A DNA stretch of 64,000 nucleotides from Bacillota bacterium. GTDB lineage: Bacteria; Bacillota; Clostridia; Christensenellales; UBA1242. Of this stretch, positions 1 through 9,455 are shown piece by piece. The notes beneath the pieces were generated by a model. That model worked only from the letters and a program-made list of their open reading frames with translations, had not been told where the DNA came from and made no database searches. Where the stretch lies: NCBI GenBank assembly GCA_009784185.1, contig WRCD01000005.1:1868-65867 (forward strand). The letters run 5' to 3'. The position numbers and the translations under genes were made by a program. The first letter of the stretch is position 1. Each line of letters opens with the position of its first letter.

Positions 1-2628
1 GGTTGCTACCTCTTTCACATCTTGCTCAACTATTTTTTCTTTGGCTTTCAAAACCAGTGTAACGGCATCGTCTTTAATTTTCCGTGCTTCCTGAAGCGTT
101 TGTTCTTTTTCTTTCTGAACTTCCGCAACTGCCGCATCAATTTCTTTCTGATAGAAGGCTGCCATTTCGGTTTTTACTCTGGTAACCTCTTTTGAAATAG
201 CCCGGCCTATTATTGCTTCCCTCTCCTCTTTGGCTTTAGCGGAAGCAATCTTCTCTTTCTGAACTTCCGCCGCCATTTCCTTCTGCTCCCTCTCCAGCCT
301 GATGATTTTTGCCATCAATTCACCCCGTTCATGAGCAAGCTGTGCAGTCTGGCTGTTGTCCTCGTCCACGCACGCATAAGCCAGGAAGCTCTGGCGTCTT
401 TTCTTTATATACAATATCAAAATTATCAGCGAGCCAACCAGCAGCAGACTGGTTATAATACCACCCACAGTCATAAGTGTTACAACAAGCTTGCGCCCTT
501 CCCAGTCAGCTTGTATTTTGTTGAATTCGGCCTTTGCATTAGCTACGGCAACACCCAATGTGTAAGTAAAGTTTCCCCAGCTTACAAAATCTGTTTCTTC
601 TAATACCTCTAAAGCCTCATTATAAACTGCTTCCAACTGTTCTCTTATTGCTTCGTCGGAAATCAGATTTAACTTAGCATTGTACGCAACAAGAAGTTCG
701 TTTATCTGCCCCTGCCTGAAATCCTCTATATCAACCATCTCCATAGCGGCTTCCCAAGCATAATAGATTTCATCAAATCCCCAGATTGCGGCATTAATTA
801 CGGCTTCAATCTCATCAAAAAAGTCTATATAACTTTTAATTTCATATTCATCGTGGCCAATATCAATAAGCATTGTAAGAGTTGCTAGGTTTAGTTCAAC
901 AGCAGCACCTTCTGTTACATTATTAATTATATCTCTTGCAAACTGGCTTAGAGAACCAAATGTCAGTGAACCGGTTTCGTCCATAATAAGGTCATAAATT
1001 TCCTGAATATAACTCTTATAAAGGTCTGTTACCGAGTTTTCACGGTCCATAAACTCAATGTTATCTTTATACGAAAAGTTTATCATGTCTGCAGCAAACG
1101 TCTTTAGACGCACTTCGTAATTCATTGCCTGGTCCAACTCAAACACATCTGCCCACTCATAATATATTGCATCAAAACCGTGGATTGAACTGCTTATGGC
1201 TTTTAAAATTTCACCCGTAAAGGCTTTAATGGTATAGTCGGTTAATCTTATAGTAAATAATAAAATCAGGTCTTCCAAATAAGCTTTGTCCAGAGCCAGA
1301 TAGTTTTCCACACATGCCCCTTCCATAAACGAGCGGTTGTCTTCGTATGAAAAAGCTATCATCTCCAAGGCAAATTCTTTAAGCATTTCTTCGTACTCTC
1401 TGTCATCGGAATCGTATTCAAAAAATTCGTAATACAATTCGTCATAGCTTTCAAGCATTGCGGTTATAATGCCGAATACCTCGTCAAAAAACCCTTCAAG
1501 GTCATCGTAGTATTCATGTATGTCAAGCTGGTCAAAATCAAACATTGCTTGTAAATATATACTCTCAAGGTCCGAAAGCTCGCCGGCGTCCGCACCGTTG
1601 CTTTCAAAAATTTCTAAAAGCCCTTCAAAGCCCTCAAGGTCGTCCGGGTCACCGTAATACGCATAATCGGCAAGGCCTATTGCAAAATCAAGAAGATAAG
1701 CAGTGTAGGCGTACCAGTCATCAAATATAGGTTCGGCTCCGATTGCGGGATAACCTTCATCATCCATTCCCCAGAACAACAATCCCTCATAATCGCCTCC
1801 GGCCAGAAGGTCCAGCACATTGCGGTTAAGCTGCCGCACAAATTCAAGCCGGCCTTCCGTCTCCCAATCTTCCCATCCGTCAATATCATCAAGGCTGATA
1901 CAGTTTTCAATCACCGAACCGGAATCGGCAAGTCCTGCAATATTACCAACATAGCCGGCTGTTCCTGTTAACACCGCCTTATTAAAGCAGTTTATAATAA
2001 CCGAGTTTTCTATCTGACTGGCAATTGCGCCAACATATTGGTTCGGCCATCCTGCAACTTCGCCTGTGACTGTCAGGTTGCGGATTACTGCGTTTGATAT
2101 AACGCCAAACAAACCTATTATGGGATTCTGGCTGATGTTTGTGTTGAAGTTGTTTAAAATAATTGTTTTTCCATTGCCGTCAAATGTGCCTGTAAAAGGA
2201 TTTGCGGCTGTTCCTATAGCCCGGAAGGAGCCTGAGTAGTCGGAATGGTCAATGTCTTCGGTCAGGTAGATGGTTATGCCGTCAAAATCGACACCATGGA
2301 CGGTTACCGCAATCGTAAAATAAGCCATGCCTATAAAATCGTTTATCTGATAAGCATCCTGAGCATCGCTGTCCAAAACAACCTGCCAGTCTGTTGCAGA
2401 CGGACCGAGTATGGCAGCATTAAAAAGCGTGTTAATATTGGTAAGCCCGGTATAATCAGGAGCGGCCGGCACGGCAGCTTGCGTTTTTGTAACAGCCGGC
2501 ATATCAGCCCGGGCTGTCAGATTAAAAATTAGCGTATGCAAAACGGGTGCAGCAGCTATTGCAATGCACAGTAATGGCGCCAAAACAACTTGTTTTAAAT
2601 TTTTAAACCAATATCTTATGTGTTTCAT
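1..2628 (-). CDS. Modular surface-anchored protein, 3' end off-window: signal peptide, GLUG-like repeat domain, three acidic ~95-aa repeats, one TM helix, cytoplasmic coiled coil
   Basis: Absent from the ORF track because no stop lies in the window. My translation from the ATG at 2628 stays open to position 1. It reads MKHIRYWFKNLKQVVLAPLLCIAIAAAP, then GTFDGNGKTI, IGLFGVISNAVIRNLTV and VGAIASQIENSVIINC repeats, three acidic modules (YDELYYEF, FDAIYYEW, FDEIYYAW), LVVTLMTVGGIITSLLLVGSLIILILYIKKRRQ, and a K/E-rich tail. Confidence 0.75.
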   Translation of the reverse strand, partial: MKHIRYWFKNLKQVVLAPLLCIAIAAAPVLHTLIFNLTARADMPAVTKTQAAVPAAPDYTGLTNINTLFNAAILGPSATDWQVVLDSDAQDAYQINDFIGMAYFTIAVTVHGVDFDGITIYLTEDIDHSDYSGSFRAIGTAANPFTGTFDGNGKTIILNNFNTNISQNPIIGLFGVISNAVIRNLTVTGEVAGWPNQYVGAIASQIENSVIINCFNKAVLTGTAGYVGNIAGLADSGSVIENCISLDDIDGWEDWETEGRLEFVRQLNRNVLDLLAGGDYEGLLFWGMDDEGYPAIGAEPIFDDWYAYTAYLLDFAIGLADYAYYGDPDDLEGFEGLLEIFESNGADAGELSDLESIYLQAMFDFDQLDIHEYYDDLEGFFDEVFGIITAMLESYDELYYEFFEYDSDDREYEEMLKEFALEMIAFSYEDNRSFMEGACVENYLALDKAYLEDLILLFTIRLTDYTIKAFTGEILKAISSSIHGFDAIYYEWADVFELDQAMNYEVRLKTFAADMINFSYKDNIEFMDRENSVTDLYKSYIQEIYDLIMDETGSLTFGSLSQFARDIINNVTEGAAVELNLATLTMLIDIGHDEYEIKSYIDFFDEIEAVINAAIWGFDEIYYAWEAAMEMVDIEDFRQGQINELLVAYNAKLNLISDEAIREQLEAVYNEALEVLEETDFVSWGNFTYTLGVAVANAKAEFNKIQADWEGRKLVVTLMTVGGIITSLLLVGSLIILILYIKKRRQSFLAYACVDEDNSQTAQLAHERGELMAKIIRLEREQKEMAAEVQKEKIASAKAKEEREAIIGRAISKEVTRVKTEMAAFYQKEIDAAVAEVQKEKEQTLQEARKIKDDAVTLVLKAKEKIVEQDVKEVAT

Positions 2629-2853
2629 GTATCCCCCAAACACCAAACAGTTCTTGACAGAACTTTTACTTTAGTGTGCGTATGTAATATGTATTATTAT
2701 ACATAATACGACTATATTTAGCAAATAAAACACATTAGTTGCGGAATAAAAACACCGGCTGCGGTGTTTCTGCCAACCTTATTAAACTGTAATTAATTTT
2801 CAAAATTTGTTGTATTTTACATTTTGGTATGATATACTTGCACTATCTTTCTC

Positions 2854-2929
2854 GGACCATTAGCTCAGTTGGTAGAGCGGCTGACTCTTAATCAGTAGGT
2901 CGTAGGTTCGATCCCTACATGGTCCACCA
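2854..2929 (+). tRNA. tRNA-Lys (anticodon CTT)
   Basis: Acceptor GGACCAT pairs with ATGGTCC. Anticodon loop is CTCTTAA, T-loop is GGTTCGATCC, and CCA is encoded. Confidence 0.9.
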
Positions 2930-2938
2930 AATAAAAAT

Positions 2939-2963
2939 CGCCGCTTGCTGCGGCGGTTTTTAT
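2939..2963 (+). terminator. Rho-independent terminator after tRNA-Lys
   Basis: Hairpin CGCCGC-ttgct-GCGGCG followed by a T-run. Confidence 0.8.
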
Positions 2964-2981
2964 TTTTACTGTTTTGCAAGA

Positions 2982-3440
2982 TTATTGTTTTTTGTCCGGC
3001 TTGGCGCCCTTCTTTAATGCGGATGTTTTTTTATTGGCATTTAGAATAAATGAACAACACACGATACATATGATTGCCGTAAGTATAGGTATAATAAACA
3101 GAATCAAATAACGAATCTCATCAAAACCCGCGGCACAACAATAAAGTGATGGAAATATTATAATCGAACATAACGTAAGCGAAGTAATGGTTAATGCTTT
3201 TCTGTCGTTTTTAAACAAACGAAATGCGTCAACTACAATAATTGCGGCACCAAGAATCATCGGCAGTATAAACAGTATCAGGGCTACCATCCCATCACCT
3301 TTTTCAAACATCTCTACAATATTCACATCTTGTACAGCCATAAACACAATCATTAAAAGCACTACAAATGCTCCCGTCACCATTCCAAGTATTGTAGATA
3401 CCTTTTTGTTTACAAGTATTTCTTTTAACTTCATACACAC
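2982..3440 (-). CDS. Small polytopic membrane protein, no recognised family
   Basis: 152-aa ORF with about four hydrophobic helices. It occupies the only long frame here; the overlapping track ORFs look like shadow frames. Confidence 0.6.
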   Translation of the reverse strand: MCMKLKEILVNKKVSTILGMVTGAFVVLLMIVFMAVQDVNIVEMFEKGDGMVALILFILPMILGAAIIVVDAFRLFKNDRKALTITSLTLCSIIIFPSLYCCAAGFDEIRYLILFIIPILTAIICIVCCSFILNANKKTSALKKGAKPDKKQ

Positions 3441-3516
3441 CCCTCCCTTTAGTTACAATTATATTATTAAAATAAAAATTGTCAAACAATTTCATTGTTG
3501 CGTTCCATTTTTACTA

Positions 3517-4356
3517 TCAAGTCTTAACAAAATCCACACATTTATCTGTTGTGGCAGTTTGCTTTTCCAGGTTTTCCCGTATGACCTTATTTCTTTCATA
3601 AAATAATCCCCAGCGGTAACTATCCAAACCCGGCAACGTACTTTTAACCGGAACGCTGCGGCGGGTACGCGGTTCAATGATTTCGGCAGAAACATCGCGC
3701 CGCTGGTGAGAAGATACACCAACTAGATTGCTGTATAGATTTTGATTAAGCGTAAGGTTCTGACACCCCAGCCTGCCTATGTAGCTTACTGCTTTTGTTG
3801 GTTCAAGCTTGCCGGGCAGCTCTTTCAGCTCAACATTGTATCCAAAAAGATACTGTACATTTGCGCGTTGCATTTCGGCATTAAAAGCGCTGACCCACGT
3901 TGCTTTCAAAAAGTTACACTCAAGTTTTCCGTAAACATCCAATTCGTATGCTATTCTTTTTCGCGCATACTCAAGCGGCTCAATTTGGTCCGCCTGCAAA
4001 CAAAATGCTTTAAGAATAAAACAATAGACCTCTGCGTTTGAGTTATCATATTCTTTTGGGGCAAAAACAATACTTCCTGCCTTAATACTTGAGTTGCAAA
4101 AATTACAATCATTGTTGGTAAAAACCGCTTTGTGTTCGCCAAAATCGTAAGTGTCCAGCATAATTTCATGTTTTGTAAATTTCGGAGCCCAGCCGGAATG
4201 GTTCTCAAACAATGCAACAGTATAGGGTTGCAATCCTTTATAAAACTTCTTACATTCCGTCCTTAATTGCGCTTCGCTGCCTGCGTGCACCAAAACTTCG
4301 GTTAACCCCTCTTTTGCCTGTGTTGTTTCCGACACGGTTTTTTCTCCTCTTTTCAC
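3517..4356 (-). CDS. Hypothetical protein (279 aa)
   Basis: Long ORF with normal composition. I recognised no motif. Confidence 0.6.
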   Translation of the reverse strand: MKRGEKTVSETTQAKEGLTEVLVHAGSEAQLRTECKKFYKGLQPYTVALFENHSGWAPKFTKHEIMLDTYDFGEHKAVFTNNDCNFCNSSIKAGSIVFAPKEYDNSNAEVYCFILKAFCLQADQIEPLEYARKRIAYELDVYGKLECNFLKATWVSAFNAEMQRANVQYLFGYNVELKELPGKLEPTKAVSYIGRLGCQNLTLNQNLYSNLVGVSSHQRRDVSAEIIEPRTRRSVPVKSTLPGLDSYRWGLFYERNKVIRENLEKQTATTDKCVDFVKT

Positions 4357-4473
4357 AATAACAATATATTGGCCGCTTAACTAATAACAGTTTATCATAG
4401 GCATTAAGGTTTTGCAATAGCTAAACCAAAAAAAAGGACGGAGAATCCGTCAGAAAAGCACTCAATGAACTGT

Positions 4474-5208
4474 TTACAGATTTTTAAAATTAATCAGCTC
4501 CGTTCCTTTAAATATTCCCGCTTTGTGTGCGGCGGCCAGTTCGCGTATTTCCTGTTCGCGTGCCTGATAGTTGGTCTGGGCTCTGGCGTGTGCGTCCATA
4601 TACCCCGGCATTGTTAAAATTTCAACACTGTCCACATTGCCGTTGTAATGCTCTACAATTCCTTTTAATGTATCGGCAGATACACCGTAGTCGTGAAAGT
4701 CGTAACTGAAAGCCTCCGTACACTTTACCCCGGCTTTTGTAAGTGCCGCCCTTGCACCCGGCGAAAAAGCCCTGGCCGGAAGCCCGTATTTTTTAGCCGT
4801 CTCCACATATGCCTTAAAAACCACCTGTTCCTGATGAAAATAATGATGGTAATCCAGGTGGGTCGGAGTAAGCCCAAACGATAAAAATTTTTCAATCTGT
4901 GCCGTAAGCTCTCTTACGCAATCCTCGTACTTAGCGTAAAACCCAAGCGAACAAACATAATGGAACCTGCCGCTGTAATCAACCAGGCTCTTAACATCGC
5001 TCAAAACCGGCTTGCCGTAAGTAAGATTTAAATGAATTCCAACAGGAGTGGTGCCGGTAGCCTTAATTTTGCTGACCGCATCCGCCGTAAAATCGGCATT
5101 AACAAAAAGGCTGGTGCTGGTAACCAGCCCGTGCTTAAGGCAATACATAATTCCATCGTTAATGCCGGAACTTAAACCAAGCCCGTCTGCGTTAATAATA
5201 ATTTTCAA
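4474..5208 (-). CDS. YdjC/ChbG-family carbohydrate deacetylase
   Basis: N-terminus MKIIINADGLGLSSGINDGI, followed by VTSTSLFVN and GIHLNLTYGKPVL, all typical of the YdjC family. Confidence 0.8.
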   Translation of the reverse strand: MKIIINADGLGLSSGINDGIMYCLKHGLVTSTSLFVNADFTADAVSKIKATGTTPVGIHLNLTYGKPVLSDVKSLVDYSGRFHYVCSLGFYAKYEDCVRELTAQIEKFLSFGLTPTHLDYHHYFHQEQVVFKAYVETAKKYGLPARAFSPGARAALTKAGVKCTEAFSYDFHDYGVSADTLKGIVEHYNGNVDSVEILTMPGYMDAHARAQTNYQAREQEIRELAAAHKAGIFKGTELINFKNL

Positions 5209-5225
5209 AATCTACCTCAAAAAAT

Positions 5226-5314
5226 AATTCCCCTTTAAGATAAAGGGTGCCCCGGACTAGGGGCGGGGTACATACCCCGTCAGCTTCGCTGCCACCCCTC
5301 TCTAGAGGGGAATT
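5226..5314. repeat. Family-A repeat, inverted pair forming a long palindrome
   Basis: AATTCCCCTTTAAGATAAAGGGTGCCCCGGACTAGGGGCGGGGTA faces TACCCCGTCAGCTTCGCTGCCACCCCTCTCTAGAGGGGAATT. It lies just downstream of the rpsT stop. Confidence 0.85.
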
Positions 5315-5335
5315 TTTATATTATATTTAAAACTT

Positions 5336-5608
5336 CTATTTGCCGCCTTTTGCCGTGCTCAGCTGCTTGCTTAGTGCTGCCACTTTCCGGCTGGCAGTAT
5401 TGCTGTGATATACATTGTCTAGCCTGGCTTTGTCTATCAAACTGATTACCTCTTTAAGCTGAACCTCTGCTTCCTTAACCTTGCCTGCAGCCAAAAACTC
5501 CCTAAACTTCTTGGTTTCGGTAGCTATTCTTGACTTTTTAGCTTTGTTAAGAAGTCTTGCCTTCTCGTTTGTAACAATCCTGTCTTTCTGCGATTTAATA
5601 TTAGCCAA
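5336..5608 (-). CDS. rpsT: 30S ribosomal protein S20
   Basis: MANIKSQKDRIVTNEKARLLNKAKKSRI, basic, 90 aa, which is the typical S20 length and N-terminus. Confidence 0.9.
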   Translation of the reverse strand: MANIKSQKDRIVTNEKARLLNKAKKSRIATETKKFREFLAAGKVKEAEVQLKEVISLIDKARLDNVYHSNTASRKVAALSKQLSTAKGGK

Positions 5609-5735
5609 CTGTTTTCTCCTTGTAAAATAAATATACTTGCGGAGTATATCACAAAAAATCGTTTATTGCAAGTGGTTAAGCAGAAGATTATTGTAAAAAT
5701 TCCCATTCCTTAAGGACGGTGCATACTCTACTATC

Positions 5736-6518
5736 ATGACAGACTTTACGCATCCAATAGTGTTTTTAGATTCCGGTATCGGCGGAATCAGCATAATGAA
5801 TGCCGCACGGCACTTTCTCCCGCACGAAAATTTTGTGTATCTGGCCGATACCAAAAACTCACCGTACGGCAACAAAAGCAAGAAGCAAATTGCCCGGCTG
5901 GTGTTAAGTTTGGTGCGCCTTGCTACAAACACTTTTAGCCCCAAGGCTGTAGTGCTGGCCTGCAACACAGCTACAGCCGCGGCAATAAACCAGGTGCGTA
6001 AAACTTACCCTGATTTGATTGTTGCAGGAGTTGAACCTGCCATAAAACCCTCAACCGGCAATCCGGACGGCAGCATTCTGGTATTAACTACCCATGCCAC
6101 CTTAAAGCATTGCAGGCTTTTAAAAAAATATAAACGGCTGAAGCTAAACCATATCACTTACATAGCACTTCCGCAGCTGGCCGGACTGATAGACAACAAT
6201 TTAAGCAATTTGCCGGCCATCCAGCCTGAAATTAATAAAATGCTGCTGAAATACAGGCACAAAGTTACCGCTGTAGTTATAGGCTGCACACATTTCAACT
6301 TTGTAACAGAACAAATTAATCAGGCACTTGGCGGCGGAATAGTGTTTTACGACAACTGCCGCGGCACAGCAAAACGGCTTAAGTTTTGTTTGACCAAAAA
6401 GAAACTGCTCTCCACAAAAAAGACATCAGGCAAAACCGTAATATATACAACAGATTACAAATTTAAAACCACCCTGGAGTACGCCAGGTTTTTAACAACC
6501 CCGCCCACGCCCTCATAA
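5736..6518 (+). CDS. murI: Glutamate racemase
   Basis: FLDSGIGGIS, plus the two catalytic-Cys motifs VLACNTATA and VIGCTHF. Confidence 0.9.
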   Translation: MTDFTHPIVFLDSGIGGISIMNAARHFLPHENFVYLADTKNSPYGNKSKKQIARLVLSLVRLATNTFSPKAVVLACNTATAAAINQVRKTYPDLIVAGVEPAIKPSTGNPDGSILVLTTHATLKHCRLLKKYKRLKLNHITYIALPQLAGLIDNNLSNLPAIQPEINKMLLKYRHKVTAVVIGCTHFNFVTEQINQALGGGIVFYDNCRGTAKRLKFCLTKKKLLSTKKTSGKTVIYTTDYKFKTTLEYARFLTTPPTPS

Positions 6519-6527
6519 TCTAATTAA

Positions 6528-6590
6528 AATTCCCCTTCTCCAAAGGGGGTTAACGCCGTCAGGCGGACGGGGTAGCCGCCGCAGACGCAG
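6528..6590 (+). repeat. Family-A repeat (long form with GACGGGGTAGCCGCCGC module)
   Basis: AATTCCCCTTCTCCAAAGGGGGTTAACGCCGTCAGGCGGACGGGGTAGCCGCCGCAGACGCAG. It runs into the glmS ribosome-binding region. Confidence 0.85.
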
Positions 6591-6598
6591 GAGGCAAT

Positions 6599-8392
6599 AT
6601 GTGCGGAATTGTAGGATATGTGGGCAGCAAACTTGCCCTGCCCGTGCTTATGCGGGGACTTGCCAGCCTTGAATACCGCGGTTATGACTCGGCAGGAGTG
6701 GTTTTCAGCGAGCAGTCGACCCTTACCGTGTTTAAGCGCACCGGCAGAATCAACAGTTTAAACAACTATTTAAAAAACAAGCTTATAGCCTCCGGCTGCG
6801 GCATTGGGCATACACGCTGGGCAACTCACGGAGGACCAAGCAACACAAACAGCCACCCGCATACCGACGAGTTTGGTTCGGTGGCCGTTGTACATAACGG
6901 AATTATTGAAAATTATGCCGAGCTGAAAGCGTGCCTGATTGCTGAAGGTGTGGTTTTTAAGTCGGAAACCGACACTGAAGTAATTGCACATTTATTATCT
7001 AAATTTTATAAAGGCAATCCGCTTGATGCATTAATTAAAACCTGCAAGCTGCTGCACGGTTCATATGCGCTTGCAGCGTTGTTTAAAGCTGACAATGAGC
7101 AGATAGTTGCTGCCAGAAACGGCAGCCCGCTGGTAATTGGCATAGGTCAAAACGAAAACTTTATAGCCAGTGACGCCTTAGCGCTGCTGCCGTATACAAA
7201 CAGCTTTATAGAACTTAACAACAATCAATTCTCGGTCATAACTCAAAACTCTGTTAAAGTTTATGACCCAAGCGGTAAAAAGATTGCCGCAAATCCTAAA
7301 ACCGTTCAGCTGGATATTCAGCAAGCCGTCATGGGCAATTATCCGCATTATATGCTAAAAGAAATTAACGAGGTGCCCCGGTCCGTTACCGATACTCTGG
7401 CACAGCTAGAAAACAACAGCAGCCTGAATCATATTCCCGATTCGGTTTTTGCTCAGGCCAAGGACTTTCATATTGTAGCGTGCGGCACGGCGCTCAATGC
7501 CGGTCTTGTTTTGAAAGACTTACTGGCACGCAAACTCCGGTTAAACGTAACAAGCGATTTTGCCAGCGAATTCAGATATAAAAGCCCAAAACTGAGCAGA
7601 AAAAGCCTGTGCATATTCATTAGCCAAAGCGGCGAAACCGCAGATACCTTAGCCTGCGTACAACTTGCTAAAGAACATGGCGCAATAACCATTGCCGTAA
7701 CCAATGTGGTGGGCAGTACAATCTGCAGCATGGCCGATTATATTATTCCAACGCGTGCAGGCCCCGAAATTGCGGTTGCCAGCACAAAGGCATATTCGGC
7801 TCAGCTTACGGCAGGCTATTATATTGCATTGCATATGGCAAAACTCTTAAGAAAAAAGGCTCTTTCATACACCATAGCCGACTTGTATGCCGCGGCAAAC
7901 GTGCTGGAAGCCTTTCTTCCGGAACTAAATTTAAGCGAAACCGTAAGCCTTGTAAAGTCCCGTCAAAGCATATATTACATCGGACGCGGACTGGACTATT
8001 GCGTTGCGCTTGAAGGCTCGCTTAAACTGAAAGAAATTTCGTATATTCATTGCGAAGCCTTTCCCTGCGGCGAGCTTAAACACGGTTCGCTTGCGCTGAT
8101 TGAACCAAATACATTTGTGCTTTGCATCATAACTCAGGCAGACCTTATAGAAAAAAGCGTTAATGCCATACATGAAATAAAAGCGCGTGGCGGCAAGGTC
8201 ATACTGTTAACCCAGTTCCCCAGCCTGGACCAATACGCCGACATTACTGTTACGCTGCCGCAAGCCGCAGATGAACTTATGCCGCTTATCTCGGTGCTGC
8301 CGCTTCAGCTGCTGGCATACAAAACCGCCGCAGCCAAAGGCTTTGACCCCGATAAACCCAGAAACCTGGCCAAATCGGTAACGGTAGAATGA
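6599..8392 (+). CDS. glmS: Glutamine--fructose-6-phosphate aminotransferase
   Basis: MCGIVGYVG N-terminal Cys nucleophile, two SIS-type halves, and the C-terminal KPRNLAKSVTVE. Confidence 0.95.
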   Translation: MCGIVGYVGSKLALPVLMRGLASLEYRGYDSAGVVFSEQSTLTVFKRTGRINSLNNYLKNKLIASGCGIGHTRWATHGGPSNTNSHPHTDEFGSVAVVHNGIIENYAELKACLIAEGVVFKSETDTEVIAHLLSKFYKGNPLDALIKTCKLLHGSYALAALFKADNEQIVAARNGSPLVIGIGQNENFIASDALALLPYTNSFIELNNNQFSVITQNSVKVYDPSGKKIAANPKTVQLDIQQAVMGNYPHYMLKEINEVPRSVTDTLAQLENNSSLNHIPDSVFAQAKDFHIVACGTALNAGLVLKDLLARKLRLNVTSDFASEFRYKSPKLSRKSLCIFISQSGETADTLACVQLAKEHGAITIAVTNVVGSTICSMADYIIPTRAGPEIAVASTKAYSAQLTAGYYIALHMAKLLRKKALSYTIADLYAAANVLEAFLPELNLSETVSLVKSRQSIYYIGRGLDYCVALEGSLKLKEISYIHCEAFPCGELKHGSLALIEPNTFVLCIITQADLIEKSVNAIHEIKARGGKVILLTQFPSLDQYADITVTLPQAADELMPLISVLPLQLLAYKTAAAKGFDPDKPRNLAKSVTVE

Positions 8393-8474
8393 TTTAACAA
8401 ATTTGTCTAAAACCTCTTTTAATTTTATTTTGGTTGTGCTATAATATCAATACTAAAAAGTAAAGAGGTGAACT

Positions 8475-9116
8475 ATGGCAAAAGAGTTTTTGGTTGAGTA
8501 CGGTTTACGCATTACGAAAAACGGACGGTACAGCCCGGCTCTCACAAAAGAATGGCGCAACCAACCCAACTACAAAAATGCTGCGTTGCGTGACAAGCTC
8601 TATCTGGAAGCGCTACAGGGCCAGCGCAAAACAAACGCTATAGGCAGTTCGCTTACGTTTACTGCTGCATTTGAAAAATTTGTACGCAAAGCAGGACTTC
8701 CTACTGCGCTTGCCGAAATTACAAATCTCACCGCAAAAACAAAAGAACACGCCTGCGCTTATTTCATGGATGGCTCGTGGAGAATTGCCGACCTTACGCA
8801 AAGCATTAAGGGAACCGCAAAAAAAGGTCGTGTAGTTAATGAGGCTCATTTGGCATTACCTGTAAGCGAATATGAGGCACGTGTTAAAGAAAATGGCAAC
8901 GTTATAAAATACGCTCCCATAAGCGACATATTAGACCAAAAAAACGCAAACAAAACTATAGCAGACCTGACCAGCATAGAAGCAGGAAAACTTGATTCTA
9001 GGTTAGCCACAACTATTTCAACCAAAATGCAAGAGCTATTCCCACCTACAGATAGATTTGCAGATTATAAGCCAATAACCAATGTCATGCCAGCAAAATT
9101 GATTAGAGCTAAATAA
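8475..9116 (+). CDS. Hypothetical protein (213 aa)
   Basis: AGAGGTG lies 7 nt upstream of the ATG. No motif recognised. Confidence 0.6.
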   Translation: MAKEFLVEYGLRITKNGRYSPALTKEWRNQPNYKNAALRDKLYLEALQGQRKTNAIGSSLTFTAAFEKFVRKAGLPTALAEITNLTAKTKEHACAYFMDGSWRIADLTQSIKGTAKKGRVVNEAHLALPVSEYEARVKENGNVIKYAPISDILDQKNANKTIADLTSIEAGKLDSRLATTISTKMQELFPPTDRFADYKPITNVMPAKLIRAK

Positions 9117-9131
9117 AGGAGAATAAAACAA

Positions 9132-9431
9132 ATGTCAGACATTTATCATGTAACCCCGGATCCAAAGGGCGGCTGGAGAGTTATGAAGCAAGGCGCACAG
9201 CGCGCAAGCAAACACACCAACACTAAAGCCGAGGCACTGGCTGCGGCTAAAGAACTGACTGAAAACCAAAACGCAAGGATGCGCGTTCATAATAAAGACG
9301 GCGCATTTGCCGCCAAGCCTGCAACACAAAAGCAAACCAACGAAAAAAAAGTTGCTAAGCGTGCGGCATGTAAAGCCAAGGGTGCCGTGCGGAACGACCG
9401 CAAGAAAAAAGCTGAAGTCAAACGTAAATAA
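9132..9431 (+). CDS. DUF2188-like small protein with Lys-rich tail
   Basis: YHVTPDPKGGWRVMKQGAQRASKHTNTKAEALAAAKELTENQNARMRVHNKDG matches the DUF2188 pattern as I remember it. AAGGAG precedes the start. Confidence 0.65.
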   Translation: MSDIYHVTPDPKGGWRVMKQGAQRASKHTNTKAEALAAAKELTENQNARMRVHNKDGAFAAKPATQKQTNEKKVAKRAACKAKGAVRNDRKKKAEVKRK

Positions 9432-9432
9432 A

Positions 9433-9455
9433 AAGCGCTATGCGCTTTTTTTATT
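9433..9455. terminator. Bidirectional terminator between convergent genes
   Basis: AAAAAGCGC-tat-GCGCTTTTTTT. Confidence 0.7.

Noticed and set aside
6519-6598. Looked for a glmS ribozyme upstream of glmS.
   Set aside because: Only 80 nt separate murI from glmS, and most of that is a family-A repeat. This is too short for the ribozyme, and none of the conserved core is visible.
8393-8474. Possible regulatory element or terminator between glmS and the 213-aa ORF.
   Set aside because: The sequence is AT-rich, with a TATAAT-like box (GCTATAATA) but no convincing hairpin or -35 box. The support is too weak to report.
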